A stretch of 64,000 nucleotides of DNA from Cyanophora paradoxa CCMP329 (Eukaryota > Plantae > Glaucophyta). This document shows, piece by piece, positions 9,530 through 21,402 of this stretch. The position numbers and the translations under genes were made by a program. The stretch lies in contig QPMI01000101.1 of NCBI GenBank assembly GCA_004431415.1, positions 1-64,000 of the forward strand, written 5' to 3'. Below the pieces are notes generated by a model. It worked only from the letters and a program-made list of their open reading frames with translations. It had not been told where the DNA came from and made no database searches. The number at the start of each line of letters is the position of its first letter. Within the stretch, counting starts at the first letter, position 1.

Positions 9530-12500
9530 TCAGCGGAACCAGCCGCGGCGGTAGAAGAAGGTGATCTCCGCGAGGGCGATCACCGCCGAGACGCCCCAGA
9601 ACGCCGGGTACCTGCCCCACGCCGCGCCGGCCGGCGGAGGGAGAGGAGAGAAGGTCAGCGGGGGGCGGGGTGGAGGGAGGGCGGGCGGGGGCCGGGGGCG
9701 GGGCGGGGCGGGGGGCACCCCCACGGCTGCTCCAGCTCGACCATGTTGTGCTGGAAGTTCATCCCTGCGCCCGCCTCCCCGTGAGCCCCGCTTGAGCCCC
9801 CGGAGGAGGGGGGGAAGGAGAAGGAGGGGGGGGGGGGAAGAGCCCATCTATCCAAATTAATTCCCCACGTGGCCATGGGCCGGCCGGGGCGCAGGGGGTG
9901 AACGAAGGCAGGTGCGGGCCGCCCGCGGCCGGGGGCTCGAGCTGGAGGTCGGGGGGCGGATCGGGAGGGGGCGCAGAGCTAGACCGGAGGCCGCGCGGGG
10001 CGGCACCGTAGACGCCGGCCAGGAAGGTGAGGGGGATGAACATGGTGGAGAAGATCTGCCGCCCGCGCCCCCGGCGTGGTGAGGCGGGCGCGGGGGGGGC
10101 CTCGAGGTGGAGGGGCCCTCTAGGTCGGGGGCTGCGGGAGGCCCTCGCGCTGGGCGGGGGCGCCCTGGAAGGGGCGGGGCAGGGGGCGGGGGGCGCGGAC
10201 GGTGAGGACGCGCATGACGTCGTTGAGGCGGTGGGAGAGGACCGAGTCGCAGGTGCCCGCCACCGCCTGCGAGAACTCCCTGCCGCCCCGCGCGTCGGCC
10301 CCGCGCGGCGGAGGCGGCCCCGCCCCCGCCCCCTCGAGCCCCCTCCACCCCTCTCAAAAGCCCCCCAGCGTGTAGCAAGCGGAGGTGGGGATGAGAGAGA
10401 GGGGCGGGGCAGACCGGTAGTTCTCGAGGACGTCCATGGCCTGGTAGAGGTGGTCCCGCACGTCCGCCAGGAACATCTGCCCCCCGCCCCGCCCCCCAGC
10501 CCCGGCCCCCTCGGAGGCCGCCGGGGAGCAGCGCGGCGGTCGGGAGGGGCGCACCTTGGCGGCCGGGGAGACGCACTTGTGCTCGGCGGTGCGCAGCCGG
10601 TCCACCACGTCCTGCAGCGGCGCCAGCGTCCGCCTGCCCCCTCCTCACCGCCCCGCCCCAGGCGCGCGCAAGGGCAAGTGCGGGAGGGCCCCCGTCTAGA
10701 CGGGCTTGGGGCCGGAGCGGGGCGGGGCGGGGCGGGGCGGGGCGAGGAGGGAGTGGAGGATTCGGCGAGCCACGAATTCGGACCCGACCTAGGCCTCGCG
10801 CCCAAGGGCCCCCCGAGGCGGGGCGGCGGCGGCTCGCCTGAAGTAGAGGAGCTCGCGGAGGATGCGGTGCGTCGTGAGGATCAGCGCCACCTGCCGCCCC
10901 GGCCTCGGGGGGGGGGGGGGGGGGGGTAGGGGGGGGCGGGGGGACGGAGGGGGACTCGAGGACGGCGTCGTCGAGGGCGTCCACCTCGCGCTCGTAGTGC
11001 CCTGCCCCCGGCCCCCCGTGAGCCCGCCGACCACGCCAGGCGGCGAGGGGCGCCGCGGCCAGAGGCGCGGCGGCTAGCCGGCCCGGGGGCCAAGCCCAGG
11101 GCCGGGAGCGAGGGTGGCGGGGTCGAGGGCGGCGGGAGGGGAGCAGGATAAGGAGAGGAGGGGGGCTGCGGGTTAGAAGGGGCGGCTCAAGAGAGGGCGG
11201 GCCGATGGTGTGGATGCAGCGGTCGACGGCGGCGTCGAGCAGCGCGTAGACCAGGAAGCTCGCGTCGTGGTGCCGCACCTGCCCGCCCTCGCCAGAGCGT
11301 CAGCCGCGCTCGACGCTCAACGCCGGCCCAGGCTCAGGCCGGCTCGCCCGGCGGGGGGCGCGAGAGAATACCAACAGGAGCAGGGGGGGGGGGGGGGGGG
11401 GGGGGGGGGGAGAAGGAAGGGCTGACAGCGCGCCTTGGAGCGGCTGTCGGCGATCTGGCGGCGCGTCGCCTCCCAAATGTCGAAGCTCTGCGCGGGGCGC
11501 CGTTCTCAGATGAGCAGCAGGGACTCGGAGCCCGCGACGCTAATTACAACTTCGTAACGCTAACTCCGCCTCTAAATTTTTCTCTAGGGGGATGGATCTG
11601 GCGCGAGGCGGCGGCGCGCACCTTGGCGCTGCACTCGCGGACGCTGACGACGGTGTCCGGCGTGAGCAGCAGGCTCACCTGACAGAAGCACTTAGAGCGC
11701 TGGCGCTGGCTCAAGGGACGCTCCGGCGTGCGTCTGCTCTAGAGCGAGGGGCGGCCTGAGCGCTCGCGCGCGCGCACCTGCTCGACGCGGAAGCGGGACT
11801 CGTCGGTCGGGCCGTTGCTCTCCCGGATGCAGTTGAATGTGATGTAGATGTTGTCCGTGTAGAGGTCGATCTTCGCCCGCTGGTTCTTGCTCAAGATGTC
11901 CTGCCCCCGCGCCCCCGCACGATGAGATCAAATCCGGGTCGCACCCCACAGACGCGCGCCTCGATCTCGAGCTCGTTCAGGGCGAACGCCTTGCCGAGGG
12001 TGACCGCGGACGAGGTGGAGACGCCCGTCATCTGTCCCGAGGGGTCAGGCGCCCGTTGCGGCGGGACGGTGCGCCGCATGGCGAGCGGCAGGAGGGACCT
12101 CGACCCATCGGACGGTGCTCGATTTGGTGCGCGGCCTCTTGAAGAAGGCAGGCAGGTCCTCGGGCTGCACCTCGTACGTCGCCTCCACCTGCGACGCTCG
12201 AGCCCGTGTCGCTTGCAGCCGGCCGCAGGATCCGCTCCCGGAAGAATGCTATTCGAATTCAAGGCCGGCGCGCGCACTCGCGCGCACGCACCTCGGGCCC
12301 GTACTCATGAACTGAGATCGTGATCTGGTCGAGATCGGAGAGGCCTTTGATCTCTGCAACGCGCGCCTCCAGCTCGAGCGCCACGTCCTCGCCGGGAGTC
12401 ATCGACTGCGGGCAAGGGAATTCGAGCTCTGAACACAAGAACAAAGAGCGAAGAGAACAATTCGAGCCCCGAAGGGGCGCGCGCGAAGAGAGCAAAGACT

Positions 12501-12764
12501 CAACGGGCTCCACGGCCATGCGAAGATAGGGGTCGGCGAGCGCCTTCGCGCACGCTGTGCGGTCCTTCGCGCACTCGTCGCCCACAGATAACGAGCCCCT
12601 CCGCCTGGGAGGAAGACGTGAGTCAGAGCTGGCAGCGCGGGCGGCGACGGGGGCAATTGAGCTCGCCCGAGGGAGATTGAGGCCGAGCGCATCAGACCCG
12701 TCGGCGTAACACCCGGCTCTGGCACGGCCGGCTCCGGCGATGGGATTCGCTGATAACTCGCCAT
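9530..12764 (-). CDS. corA: CorA-family Mg2+/Co2+ transporter, multi-exon
   Basis: DASFLVYALLDAAVD, FLADVRDHL, RLNDVMRVLT|IFSTMFIPLTFLAGVY|GMNFQHNMVELEQPWG|YPAFWGVSAVIALAEITFFYRRGWFR*. This gives the GMN signature, an MPEL-like loop and two TM helices. Likely start MASYQRIP at 12764. Confidence 0.9.
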
Positions 12765-13102
12765 CGATATCGGCGCCGGCGCGCGCGAAGTTGCAGAATA
12801 ACTTGAAGTGTTTGTCGGGGTACGAGATCGGGCAGAGCTCGGGCAGCGACGGATTCGAACGCGCTCGCGAACGCACTCGGCGGATCTGGCGACGCGTTAG
12901 TGCTACGGAGTCGGCGCCTGGGCGCCTCCGCAGCGTTGCTCAGGTGTCGAGTTCGCCGAATCGGTCCGGTGCGTGCTACGGGTTACCGATAGCGCGTTAT
13001 GTACCTTCGTTTAGATGTCGTCGCGACCCGCTCAGCTCGGCGCTAAGCGCGGACGCAGGTGCCGCGGCCGATCCGCGTGGCCGCCGCTCGAGCGCTCGCG
13101 AG
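12765..13102. promoter_or_regulatory. Putative bidirectional promoter between CorA and GT8
   Basis: The two divergent predicted start codons are separated by only 338 bp. Confidence 0.4.
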
Positions 13103-14949
13103 ATGGATGTGCCGGCCGATCCTAATCGAAGCGGGCTCGGATCCTGTGCCCGCCGCCGTTGCCGTACGGCCGCGTCGCCCCGAAGCCCGCGCGACGCGCT
13201 GTGCGAACGCTCGGACTGCGGGCGGCCTCCGGCGCTGCCGGCTGCATGCGCGAGCACGCTCCCTCCTAGGCACCGTCGCCGGCCGCCTCCCCCAAGCACG
13301 ACCCAAGGCCCCCTCCTCCTCCTCCTCCTCCTCCTCCTCCTCCTCCTCCTCCTCCTCGTGTACCCCGCCGCCAACGCCTCCGCCGATCCCGAGCACTGCG
13401 ACGCCCTCTCCGTCTGCGTTCCCGCCTCCCAGACCGCTTACGTCACGCTCGTCTCTACGGAGGACTTCGTTCTACCCGCCCTGGTTCACCGCGTGCCCCC
13501 CGTCGCCGCCCATCCCTTCCCGATCCGGGTGTGCCCTGCGAACAGGTCCTCGCCCACTCGATCCGGCGGGCGGGCACGAATCGGACCCTCGTCTGCATGG
13601 TCGCGCTGCATCTCCCAGAGCCCTCGGTACCCCCCGCCCCGCCGGCGCCTGTACCCCCGTCCGAGCTTCGCCACAGGTGCGACGGCTCGAGCTGATGTTC
13701 GACCGAATCGTGAGTGTGGAGGACTACCCGTTTTCAGGGCACAGGTCCCCCGACGGGCCGTACGGGCCCCCTCAACAAAGCGTTTTCTTCCTCAACAAAG
13801 TCCGCAGCACCCTGTACCCCTCCCCTGCCTCCGGTAACCATGTACCCCCGCCAGCTACGGGTGCTGGAGTTCGTGGAGTACAGGCGTGTCGTGTACATCG
13901 GGTCCGACGCGGTGGCAATAGCCCCCCTGGACCAGCTCTTCGCCTGCGTACCCCCCTGCGGCGTGGCGGACATCGCCCTGTGGGAGATGACGGAGCTCGG
14001 CGTCACCGTAAATGGCGACGTGCTCGTCCTCGAGTGCGCCCCGTACCCCCACACGTATCTCCGTACCCCCTGCGCTAGCGATAACCGGTACCCACGCCCT
14101 TCCTTGCCCCGGGCACCCCACCACACCGCAGACCATCGATGGAGGACGCGAACGCTATGACGCGTGCGGCCTCCCGATACACATTTCAGTGCGTATTTGC
14201 CTTCCGGGGTCCAGTATCATCCCGGCGGCCGACTCGTCGGTACCCCTGCAGGCTGGAGCGTACGCACCTCTTCGTCCCCGTCTATTGCAAGCGTGGGTTC
14301 GAATTCGCCTCTGTACCCCCTTTGAGCTTTCTTTTTTGAACCATGTCCGCTGCAGGGAGCCCCGGAACGAAACGTACATCGGGCCGCTCGACCAGGCCCT
14401 CTTGAACCAGGTACCGCCTGTGGCGAACACCCGCGTACCCCTCCCCCTCACGGCGCCCCGCCGCAGTACTACCGTCATCGGTTCACGGTCCTCCCCTACA
14501 CCTACAACTTCGTTCGCGCTGGCCCCTCCTACCCGCCGTTCGCCCTCATGCGACTGTACCCCCCAGATGCCGTACATCTTCAGCCGCGAGATCGGCATGG
14601 CGTCCTCCCGCGGCCGGCTGTGGTGCGCACGCACAAACCCGCTGAGCTCGCTCGCGCTCTGCTGGCGACGCGGCTCGGCTTGCGGCGCAGGGACGAGGGG
14701 CGGGTGAAGGTGATCCACTACGCGCGGCTGAAGCCGTGGCGGGAGGCGGAGGCGGCGAAGATCGCGGGCGCGGAGGCCTTCCTCGGCCCCTGGCGCGCCG
14801 CCTGCGCCGAGGTCCTCCAGGCCGAGGCCCGCCGGGCCGCCTTCGAGATCGCCGGGCAGGGTAGCTCTTGCATTTCAGACACGACCAACGACATCTGGAC
14901 TAGCCGTAGTAGCTGTTTGGCTAGCAGTGGGCCGCCGGTCGAATCGTAA
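13103..14949 (+). CDS. GT8-family (glycogenin-like) glycosyltransferase with a poly-Leu membrane anchor
   Basis: TAYVTLV..FVLPAL|VLAHSIR, FLNK|LRVLEFVEYRRVVYIGSD..LDQLF, DQALLN, LPYTYN and VIHYARLKPW are GT8 hallmarks. The C-terminus is supplied by an inserted repeat. Confidence 0.85.
13313..13357 (+). repeat. (CTC)15 microsatellite encoding poly-Leu
   Basis: Perfect CTC run, in frame in the GT8 N-terminal region. Confidence 0.9.
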
Positions 14950-15002
14950 GGGCTCAGTCAGATAGGCAAGCGACGTCGAAAATCGAAATCGAATACCGAA
15001 GC
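14869..15002. repeat. ~135-bp dispersed repeat, copy A, flanked by a 14-bp direct repeat
   Basis: Near-identical reverse complement of 51844-51983. GGGTAGCTCTTGCA occurs at 14859-14872 and 15005-15018. Confidence 0.9.
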
Positions 15003-15524
15003 ACGGGTAGCTCTTGCACGTGTACGCGTATGAGGTTGGTTTGAAGCGTGCTCGTGTACAGGTTGGACTTCAATTCGATTTGGAATGCAGGCCTTGCAAT
15101 TGGCAGCTTTAGATCACGAAGCTCGAAGAACGAACCATGGCCAGCGCTAGCTATAGCCGCAGCTGAGACCGGCCCACGCCCTTTAATTTAATTTGCCTCT
15201 AGATCTGACCGTCGGACCTGCGCGCATCACACTTGAGCTTGCAGGCCCGCACTGCGGCAGGGCGCGCCCGCTTGCGAGCTGCTCACTCACTTGAGCGCAG
15301 AACCGATCGAGGTTCCCATTCTGGGCCAAGAGACGGCACATGCAGGCTAATAGCGCAGCTTGCTAGGGAGCTTTGGGCGCGGAGTGTACAGGGCGCCCTT
15401 ATCGTTCGCGTGCACAACGGGGGGGAGCGAGTCGCCCGAGGGAGGGCGCGCGAGGCCTCTCACCGTAGCTCTGCTCTACTGTACAGGGCGGCAGAGGCGG
15501 CCGCGGGCGGGAACGTGGCGGGGA

Positions 15525-16820
15525 CTAGTACATGGCGCCGCCGTAGCCGCCGCCGTCGGTGCGGCCGAAGGAGGCGCCGCCGCCCATGGCGTCGCGGTCG
15601 CCGTTGAGGGCGCGCTGGAGGAGCATCTGGAGCTTGCCGCCGCCCTCGTTGCGCGCGTTCCACACGGCGTCCGGCACGCGCTGCTTCGGCACCGGCGCCT
15701 TCTTCTCCTTCGGCGGCGGCGCCGGCACCACCTTCAGGTTCCGGTCCGCCCAGTTCGACTTCTTCATCTGCACGGGGCGCGTCCCGATGAACTTGCCTGC
15801 GCCCAAGCTCAAACCCGCCGGACCCCACCGCCGAGGGCGCGCGGCTGACCGTTCATCTCGCGCATCGCGGCGAGGAAGTCCTTCGGGTCCCAGAAGGAGA
15901 CGAACCCGTACTTGCCCTTCCCCTGGTACGTCTTGATCGTCCGCGCCTGCCCCGCCCGCCCGTCAGCGGCGCCCCGCGTGCGGCGGGGCGGGGCGGCGAG
16001 CTGCGCGGCGGCGGCGGGGCGCCTTTACCTTCTGGAAGGATGGGTACCGCGAGAACGCCTGCGCGAGAATCGTGTCCGTGACGTCGTTCCCGAGGTTGCC
16101 GACGAAGGCGCGGTAGTCGTCTACGCGGGGCGGGGTGTTGTGAGCTGGAGGCTTGTGTAAGGAGAAGGCGACGCATGGGCGCACTCTCGGGCCAGTCGGC
16201 GAGGGTCGGGTCAACCCAAGCGACGCCGGCGGTCTTGCGCAGGTACGCCACGTCCGCCCCGGCCTTCTGCTTGGCTGCGTATAGGGCGGAGCTGAGCGAA
16301 GGCAACGGCGCATTCGGGCAGCCGCGAAAGAAGCGCTCACCGCTCTGGCGGCGCGCGGCCATCGCCTGCGCGTCGGCGGCTATCTTCTCCTGCTTCGCCT
16401 TCTCGAGCGCCCACTCCTCAGGGGACATCGACGGCGGCACGCCCGAGGACGAGTCGCCCTGATCGTAGCCGAAGCCCTGCTCCTGTTGCGCCTGCTCCCC
16501 CGGCGTGAAGCGCACGGGGGCTGCTGAGATGGTCTGCTTCTGAACTTTGGCCCTCGGCGCGGGCGAGGTGCTTTCCAGCTCGGATGCCGAACGCTTGACA
16601 CCGGGAGCTGACGACGACGACGCTGCGGCACGGATGAGTCGCGGGCGAGTGGGTCACCGATGGGCGAAGCAAGAACCGCACCTGCGGCGGGGATAGGCGC
16701 GGGGCTCTGGCTTTGGCTGTTCACCTCTGCAACCTCCTGGCTGGCCTGCGCGTCGTCCGCCGCTCCGCCGCTCTCCAGCGCGGCCATCTCCTGCTGGAAG
16801 CGAAGGAACTCGTCATCCAT
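15525..16820 (-). CDS. RBM42: RNA-binding protein 42 (RRM, tri-snRNP associated)
   Basis: LRKTAGVAWVDPTLADWPE|DDYRAFVGNLGNDVTDTILAQAFSRYPSFQK..GKYGFVSFWDPKDFLAAMREMN|GKFIGTRPVQMKKSNW is the RBM42 signature. Start MDDEFLRFQQEM. Confidence 0.9.
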
Positions 16821-17614
16821 GGCTTCTTCTTTGGAATGGGACGCCGAAAACGGAAGATTTGGGCTTGCTGAGCGGCCGAGAACGCTGAAAGGCCGGTCGC
16901 GCTCGGCAGTGGCGAACTTGCTAGAAGCCGGGCGAACTGGAGCCGACGGCGCGAACGTGAACAGTGAGAGGCTCTCTGCGTGTCGAGGAGGCTTGGTAAG
17001 GCCGCGACGAGGTCAACTTCGAGCAACTCGTCTCTCTGCCTGTACCCCCTGTGGGAAAGAAGTTCAAGAACGAAGCATGCGCACCACCCGCCGCCGCGAG
17101 CTATAGCTAGTGTTCAAGCCGGCGCCGCGGAACCACGCAGCGTTGCCCTCGCGGCTCGGTCGGCTTAGCCGGCGGCGAAGCCGCGCACCACAGCTGCAGC
17201 GCGCACGCGCACCTGAGCTGCGCATGCCTGCCGCAGTGCTACTAATACTGCCATGGCCAGCTGCAGGCTGCGGCAGTACTAGTGTATAAGCGCGCGGCTC
17301 TTATAATTAAATACGTAATACCGCGGCCGGGCGCCGGTTTAATTTGTACTTCGAAATTCGAATTAATATTCGAGCTAGCGCTTCATCTAGACATGCTAGC
17401 GCTCAATCGAATCATGATCAAGCATCATGGCATTGCGTTTCAAAGTTTGAAATTTTGCTTCTGCGACCGGGGTCCCCTCTTTTCGAATTTGATTTTGTGC
17501 GCATGCAACGAAGCGAGAAGGTATAGTTCGTGCTCACGATCCTGGTTGTGGCTAAACGGGCTTCTAGCTATAGTGTACAAGTACAACGAGTGGCGACTCG
17601 CGATCTGCGATGGG

Positions 17615-19014
17615 TTACGAGAGCTCGGCGTCGAAGAGGCCCCAGCGCTCCCGCCACGGCCGCTCCTCCGCCTTGAACTCGACCGCCGCCGCCTGCTGGG
17701 AGGGGCGTCGGTGGAGGAGGGGCGCGGGCCGGCAGGGCGGGGGCGCACGGGGAACTCGAGGGGCGCGGGGACCTCGGCGGGGGAGTAGCCGGTGATGCCG
17801 GTGCCGTGGCCGTCATCGGGCCCGAGCTCGAGGCTCTTGGAGGGTCTCTGGAGGGGGAGGCAGCCGAGGAGACCCCACATGGAGCCGCACGAGAGGCCCT
17901 CCGACCGCGAATCCGCGGCGCCCGCTGCGCCAGACCGGTACCCCGTCAAGAGCCGGGGCGGGGTCCCGGGCGCCGCCCCGAGGCTCAGCAGGCGCACCGG
18001 GGAGGGGCGAGGGGCCCGGGTCGTAGCGGGGCGTGGGCCCATCCGAGGACGTGAAGTCCATGTCGGTCATGCTGGTGTAGGCGCTCGCGGGGTCCGCCGG
18101 GATCGCCTCCCCCGCCTCCACGATGTCCTGGGGGGGAGGGGAGGGGGGGGGGGGGGGGGTCCGTAAGGGGGCACGGAACGGGAAGGGTGCACGAGGGCCA
18201 CGGGGCGCGCACCTGGACGGGCTCGGGCTCGGGTTCCGGGGGTGCGGGGGGCCGTGGGGGCACTTCGGCCGCGAACCCGACTGAGAGGATCGCGCCGGCG
18301 CCGACCTGTTGCAGGACCACGAGATTCCAGATCAGAAGTCGATTGGGACGACGCTAAGGTGAAGGGTCGTCAAGGCACCTTCCAGTCGCGGTCGATGGGG
18401 CTCGCGTTCTCGACCTGAGGGGGCGCGCGGCCCCGAGTGAGTGCGAGCGCGCGGAAGAAGTCGGCGCATGCGCGCCCCGGCGGCCGAGCCGCACCTCCGG
18501 GGTAATAGAGAAGGAGAGGCCGCCCAGGGACTGGCCATGGAGAGGGAGTGCGGAAGCGTAAGAGCTGAGCCGAAGGAACGCGTGCGATCAAGAGCGGGCG
18601 CACCACGGGGGCCTTGCCGCCGCTCCGCTCGCGCATCAGCGTCAGGGAGACGTTGTTCGCGCGGCCGTCCAGCTGCGTTTAAAATTTGGGTCGGCCAAGC
18701 GCGCGGGGACGGGAAAGGCGGCCAAGCGGCGGCGCGGGGGGGCGCACGGGAAGCTTGAAGGTCTGCTGCCAGGTGGCGCGGGGCCCCGGCAGGGAGGCCG
18801 TCTTCGCTTGCATGCTTCCGTACTTGCACTCCACTGGCCCCGCCCCCGCCGCCTCAGAGAGGGTCCCAAGACACAGGGGCAGTTGGCGCGCGCGCACCGA
18901 AGTACTTCGACTGTTTCTTCCTGCGGGCCCTGAATGAGCCGCGGCGCGCGCACTTCCAGTGCGACAGGCGGGCGCCTCGCGCGCACCCGAAGAGGCCTCT
19001 CTTTGAGCTGCCAT
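17615..19014 (-). CDS. Hypothetical protein with a possible C2-like N-terminal fold and Pro-rich tail
   Basis: Exon fragments VECKYGSMQAKTASLPGPRATWQQTFKL, RSFGSALTLP, VGAGAILSVGF and a final exon ..WRERWGLFDAELS*. Splice-like boundaries are present but the model is uncertain. Confidence 0.4.
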
Positions 19015-19982
19015 CGACTTGCGCGCCGCGGACGTTAATCTGCGCATTGATATCCGAACCGGTCAAAACTGGCGGCCGCGGACCGTTGCAGGGGCGCCGG
19101 CCTCTAGCGCGCGCTGCACGTTGGCGGCTTTCTGCAACCGCTATGCTCGAGGACGAGCGTCTTCGCAGGCGCGTCGAAGCGCCGCAGTCAATCGCTTTCA
19201 GCTGTACAATGTCTGCAGCTGGGCAGCACGCGCACGCACCAGGAGCGAGCTGCTCGTAGGCATGACGGTCGAAGCAGCGAGAGGAGGCATTTAGTGTTGT
19301 TACGTTGCGCGCACTCGGCGTGCTGGCTTGCGGAGGGCGGCGCGACGGGCGGCGGATGTGGTTAACGTTCGAGCTCGCGGTAGGGTGCACGTGTGGGCTG
19401 AGCGGATGCTAGCTGTGACGAATCCCTGCGGCTGATTTTGCTGCCGATGCTGTCGATGGACTCGATGCTATTTGACCATGACACTGCTTGGCGGCGAGTT
19501 GGTGCTAACCTGTATTGGCGTCCCAACAATGCGGCTCGTAATACGAACGGTCAGGGGAGGGGGCGCGGGGAGGCGAGCGTGCCAATAGAGCGACGGGCGC
19601 ATAAAGCGCATGCTCGCAACGCGCGGGTGCACTCCGGAGCGCGCTGGCGAAGCTTGTTGAGCCGGGAGGGGTACAGAAGACGGAAACGAAGGGGCCGCTC
19701 TCCGGCCACCGGCTCTCCGAACAAGCTCGGAAGGACCTGAGTTATACGACGACCGCGCGGCGCGGGCCTGGCGCAGGAGCAACCTACTTTCCCTGGCTAG
19801 CCTAATTGCTAGCTGGCTCCGCGGCGATGGGAGGGCTCAGCTCTGCTTGATTGGACCAGATGGGGCCACGAGCGCCCAAAGCCTGAGCCTCGGCGCCAGC
19901 ACATCAGCGCTACTCGATGCGGGGCGGTCTCAACCTATCTCTGAGGGCGAGCTCCGTGGCAGCTGAGGCCGAATGCTCTCGA

Positions 19983-21081
19983 ATGGCCAGATGCAGCGGC
20001 GCACGCTCGGTGCCTCAGACGGCTGAACCTCGGGGGCGGTGCCGCGGACACAGCGCGCTGCCGCCCGGACGGAGGCTCGGGGCGCTCCTGGTCCTCTTGT
20101 GCGTTGTTGTGTCCGCGCTGGCGCTGCGGCCCGAGGGCGGTGCGCCGTGGTGCGATGAAGAGCACGTGGTGCGCCCAGGCCGGCCCCCTCGACGACCCGC
20201 CCATGCCCGCTCGGCGCTCACGCCCCGGCCCCTCAGATCTGCTTTGCGAACGGGCAATCGATCGACACGCGCGCGGAGCAGCCGTTGATCCACCACGCAC
20301 GCCTGCGGGCCCGCCAGGCGCTGGCGGGCGGCGCGCGCGGACCTCCGAAGAGTTCGCAGAGGCGGAGCGAAGGCGGCGGTGTCGGCACAGATGCGGCCGG
20401 GGCCCACCGCGCCGTGCGGCCCGGCGAGCACGTGTACCTGGCGCGCACTCCCTCCCCTCCCCTTCCCCTCCCCCTCCCCCCCCCTTCACCTCATCCGTCC
20501 CCGCAGGTGCACGCGCCCAACCTGACGCCGCGGCTGCGGGCCGCCGTGGAGGGCGCGGCAGGCGTGCGGCTGGGGGCCTACCTCCCTAACAGCGCGTACC
20601 TGGTCACGTGTACCCCGCCCCAGGCCGAGCGGCTCCGGTCCGCCCCCCCCCTCCCCTCCCCTCCCCCCCCCCCCCCCTCCCCCTCCTCACCCTCCCGCCT
20701 CTTCCCGACGAGCTCCGCTCGCAGGGCGGCGCCGGGGGTGACGTGGGTGGACGCGGTGCGGGCGGAGCAGAAGGTGGCGCGGGGCGCCCTCGGGGGGCGC
20801 GGGGGCGGCGCCCTCCGCGCCGCCCTGCACGGCCTCTCCCCCCGCGAGGTCGCCGCCTTCGCCGGTCCGCCGCCCCGAACGCCCTTTCCTCGCGCTCTGT
20901 CCGGGCGGGCTTGATGCGGCCGGCCGGCAGCGGGCCTGGAGGGGGCGCTGGGGGCGGCCCTCGGGCGCCCGTCTCCGCGCGGGCCCTCCCCGGCGCCGTG
21001 CGCGTCGAGCTCGCCCCGGGCCCCGGCCCGGCCTCGCCGCCCGCGCCGCCGCCCTCCTCGCCCACGAGGCGGGCCGCCCCG

Positions 21082-21120
<39 letters not shown>

Positions 21121-21370
21121 TCGTGCCCCGCTGACCTGGTTCCTCCTCGCGCAGCCGCTGGTACACTGGGTCGAGGCGGAGCTCGCGATGGCGGCGCGCG
21201 CGCTCCCTCGCGAGGCCCCCGCCTCCCGCTCCTGAGGCTCCCCCGCGCGCAGCCGCTGGCGGCCTTCGCGGGGCCGCTGCTGGCGTCGGGCTCGGAGGAC
21301 GGGCGCGCCGAGTCCAACGCCCTCTGGGCCCGCGGCCTCCGCGGCGAGGGGCAGACCCTCGCCGTCCGCT

Positions 21371-21402
<32 letters not shown>

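Noticed and set aside
14869-15002. tRNA or snoRNA identity for the dispersed repeat
   Set aside because: I could see no cloverleaf, no convincing A/B boxes and no C/D or H/ACA box arrangement.
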